Part shown: in pieces, positions 60,651 through 64,000 of the stretch
How positions within the stretch are numbered: the first letter of the stretch is position 1
Layout: each line of letters opens with the position of its first letter
Source of the DNA: Lytechinus pictus
Taxonomy: Eukaryota
NCBI RefSeq assembly: GCF_037042905.1
Contig: NC_087251.1
Coordinates: 26,228,001-26,292,000 of the forward strand
DNA length: 64,000 bases
Reading direction: 5' to 3'
Notes under the pieces: model-generated
What the model was told of the DNA's origin: nothing
Database searches by the model: none
The model's input: only the letters and a program-made list of their open reading frames with translations
Program-made: the position numbers and the translations under genes

Positions 60651-61676
60651 GCTTTTTCCCATGTACATGTTAGAATCAGGGGTGGCAATAGGCCTACATG
60701 GGGGCAAATGCCCCATTTTTTTTTGCGCAGTAAAGAAAATAGGGGAAAAAGAAAGGTTGTGTGACGCTATATGCACCCAGTGTTATTCAACTGATAAAAA
60801 TGACCCCATCTTTGAGTCGTCTATATCGATCGTATCCAAAAATTTATCTTTGTTTTTTCTCTCTCTCTCAGTATCATTAAGATTTTAACGAATTTCAATC
60901 TGTATTAGAGACAAATAAGTTGCATGTTCTTCATTATCATTTTATATTTTTCATTGTCAATGACCACTGTACTATTGTATAATTCTGTGATATCTGTTTT
61001 AGTAAAATAAAATTTGCTTATGAGATTTATATTGTTATTGTATATTTGATTTGAGAGAAGACAATGAATACAGGTTATAAACCAAAAACAAAATACACTG
61101 GCGCCGCCCCTGGTTAATTAGAACAATTTTTGAACAAAAACAAAAAATAGAACATTAATATGAAGCAAAACAATAAATTCCCTCAATCCTATCCAAAATA
61201 AAAGGATCCTATAGAATTAGGCCAATGAATGACAATCAGAATCCATAACATTAATTAGCTGCGCCATAAATTGCACCTTTCTCCAGCTGCAAGGAATGAG
61301 TTTCATTTTTATTCCTGAAGATTTTCTAAAATCACTTACCCGCTCCTTTCACTGTCATCTTTTCATTGAAGAAGAAAATGATGCATCGGACTGGGCGTCT
61401 ATTTTCAGCTGTCCCCTCTTATTCAGTCCAATCGGTTTATGATCTCCTAAAAATGAGTTTTATATACCTTAATTCATTTTAATGGCATAATTTATGTATG
61501 TATATGCCCTATACGAGATCACTGTCCCGTATTGCGTTCTGAGAGTGGTCCGCAAGATTCTTAAAACATCGTGTAAAGGCCTATTATTCGCGTTGATACC
61601 AGGATATTGGAATTGAAAAGAAGTTGGAACAAAGAGTTGTCAATGGCGATCGACATTACTTATTCGAGCATGCCTG

Positions 61677-61822
61677 GGGCCCTTCTAACAAAAAGTTTTG
61701 ATGGATTCAAATCAGTATTAACTTGCGATTGATCTGAATTTGTGTAGATAAGAGATAGGAATTGCAGATCAATTACAATCGAGTTTGATTTGTATCTGTC
61801 GTAACGCTTTGTGAAACGGGGC
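61677..61822. mobile_element. Harbinger-type MITE, CTG TSD
   Basis: ctg|GGGCCCTTCTAACAAAA ... TTTGTGAAACGGGGCC|ctg; similar to 11160-11284. Confidence 0.65.
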
Positions 61823-62049
61823 CCTGGTGTCCCGTGGTGATGAATTGTTCTTATGAATCTTATCCGTGGTGTTCCTGCTCGATATTCAATAGGCGGAGAT
61901 CTGTACAACATTTTTTAACTTTGCTCCTCCTTTGGAAGCTCCTTGGTTTTCCATACCCTTTTAAGTCTCCGATGTTTTGTATTCTGCTAAATAGCGACGT
62001 GAAAGTATGGAAAAAAATATAGGGCCTTTATCTCATAAAGTTTAAATTA

Positions 62050-62432
62050 ATAATGCGAGCGCGAAGCGCGAGCCGAATCTGTAAACAGAATATTTAAATA
62101 ACTCTTTGTATGAATTCATCAACAAGATATATCACTATTCGAATAAATAGAGCGCCAGCTGATTTTTTTTATATTCTTACTTGAAAACACTTTAGAATCA
62201 CCTTCCAAAATAAAAAAAGAGGATATATTCATCTCACTAAACAATTACTGCAAGCGCAAAGTGCAAGCTGATATACTGTTAAGAAAATAGCGAAAAGGGA
62301 AGCGCGAGCTAATTTTACTTTTATCAATATCATACTGACCTGAAAAAGGGACATTTTGAGTATTTTATGAAGGAATGCATGAAGAGGATGTGTATCTCAC
62401 TTATCAAAAATTGCAAGCGCGAAGTGTGAGCT
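62050..62432. repeat. Interspersed repeat with recurring gcgagcgcgaagcgcgagc motifs
   Basis: Motif variants at ~62054, 62150, 62250, 62300 and 62413; related motifs at ~58070-58180 and ~32880. Confidence 0.6.
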
Positions 62433-64000
62433 ATTGACACGCACGTCTCCCATGACGTAATCTCCAAACTTTGGTAGTTAACTGTAGTCTGTACCCAAAT
62501 TATTCAAATTTATTTTTTAATTGATTAATTATGCTCATTAATGCACAAAATCATAATTCGGCGGTACATCTTTAAATATAGCTCAAAAACTGCTAAAGTT
62601 TGGTCTGGGCACTCTTTTGAGGATTCTTACCAAATGTATATTAAAAATGACGATATCAATTTAAAAAAAAAATCTTCTGTATTTTATTTGAATTTCGTAT
62701 CTTTTTCTTTGATAGTGTCATGAAATATCGCCCCGCAATCTTTTCACATTACAGACTTACCCCTCGCCCCCCCCTCCCAACAACATAATTGGACTGCAAA
62801 AACTTTAAACAATTTATCTATAGCATTTTTATTTGTTATTCAATGCAACATCTTATCGTTCATAACTTACAATCTTAAGAATTGAAGTTTACACTTGGAA
62901 TTTTTATTTAATTTACTTTAACTTATATTGTGGCGAAGTCGGGTAAGGGGTGGATCTTGCATAGACGCGATGCTTTGGATGCGCCCACCATAGTGCACAA
63001 AGTTTCAGTCAAATGGTATTTTCTCTTATCCGACTGGATCCGCCACTGCATGGTTCGGATGAAGGGATACATGGGCAACCGCGTAGCCAGGATTTCATTT
63101 TGGAGGGGGCGGTAAAAAGACGCGAAGCTTTTGGTGTTTCATAAATTAAAATGAAAAGGAGCCGTCTCCCTTGTCTCTAGTACCTATATCAGCTCCAATT
63201 CAGTTGACTATATTGTGATTTTGAACCTTGTTTTCAAAAGTGATTGTGAACGCACAAAAAGGAATACAATGGAGGAAATTAAAATCATAACCCCGCGCGA
63301 AGCGCGGAAGCTAAAGCGTTTTATCATTTTTTTGCCATGAAAAGGGTCCCGAGAAAAGGGTATTCTCAAAGATATATTGAATACTTGCCTTGGAAAGATC
63401 AGATTTGATTACAAACAATTTAGCAACAGTGCATATCTTTAACTCGCAAAACAGAGGAGAAGAAGTGTATATGCCGGGAGGAAGATATCTCCCCGCGCAG
63501 AGCAATAAAACTCTGAAATTTCAAAGGGCGGACGTTTCATCAAATGCAGATATCTCTAATACCCCATCGGCTCGAATTCAATTGATTTCCTAAGATTATT
63601 GAACTTCATTACATGGAAAATAGTGCGCAAAAAGTTGAAACTTCTGTGATTTATTGAAATTATATAAAAAAGGATGTCTAATTTCTTTGACTTATCCTGA
63701 AGCTCTTCATTTTGAATTATAAAGAAAGTGTCATTCAAAATTTCAAACTGAGGGCGTAAAACAGGACAGGAGATGAATGTGCAGGGAAATGACATGAAGA
63801 TTAATAGAATTTGATAAAAAGATATTGTACTTTTTTATTTAATACGACACGAATTTTATACATTCCTCTTTTAAAATTAGGAACCTGTTTGCCCCAAAAT
63901 TATGGTTGTTTAGTAATGAGCTGAAAAGCGGGAGAAGTTGACTTTATGGAGGTGACGGCAGAAATTGATATAAAGATTTTACCCGCCCGGAGCCGACCCG

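Noticed and set aside
1..64000. tRNA, rRNA or prokaryotic operon/defence system
   Set aside because: None recognisable; spliceosomal introns and animal TE families throughout

Overview
Animal (eukaryotic), AT-rich, repeat-dense genomic DNA. The repeat families look like those of a marine invertebrate, plausibly a sea urchin; this is inference. The only intact gene is a spliced calpain-type penta-EF-hand (PEF) coding region on + (9 exons, 57-10230, 183 aa from an in-frame ATG at 79), which contains a U12-type intron. The remainder is nested mobile DNA and gene relics. Non-LTR and Penelope-type retroelements: a near-intact 5'-truncated R4/Dong-like RT-RLE element inserted in the (TAA)n tail of an L2 fragment; CR1, L1/Tx1-like, RLE-type and Crack/L2-group relics; and a 253-bp-arm palindrome with Penelope pseudo-LTR features. 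DNA elements: many MITEs (TTAA, CWG, TA, 5-, 8- and 9-bp TSDs), Helentron-like tandem-repeat elements, a 964-bp foldback element, and a 39-bp P-element-like footprint. Gene relics: a fragmented WASHC5 (strumpellin) pseudogene, and a decayed intron-containing Harbinger/HARBI1-type transposase facing a SWIM-YqaJ exonuclease gene, both amplified as ~2.06-kb chimeric tandem units (21.3-30.5 kb). All assignments were made by eye from motifs; no database searches were run.
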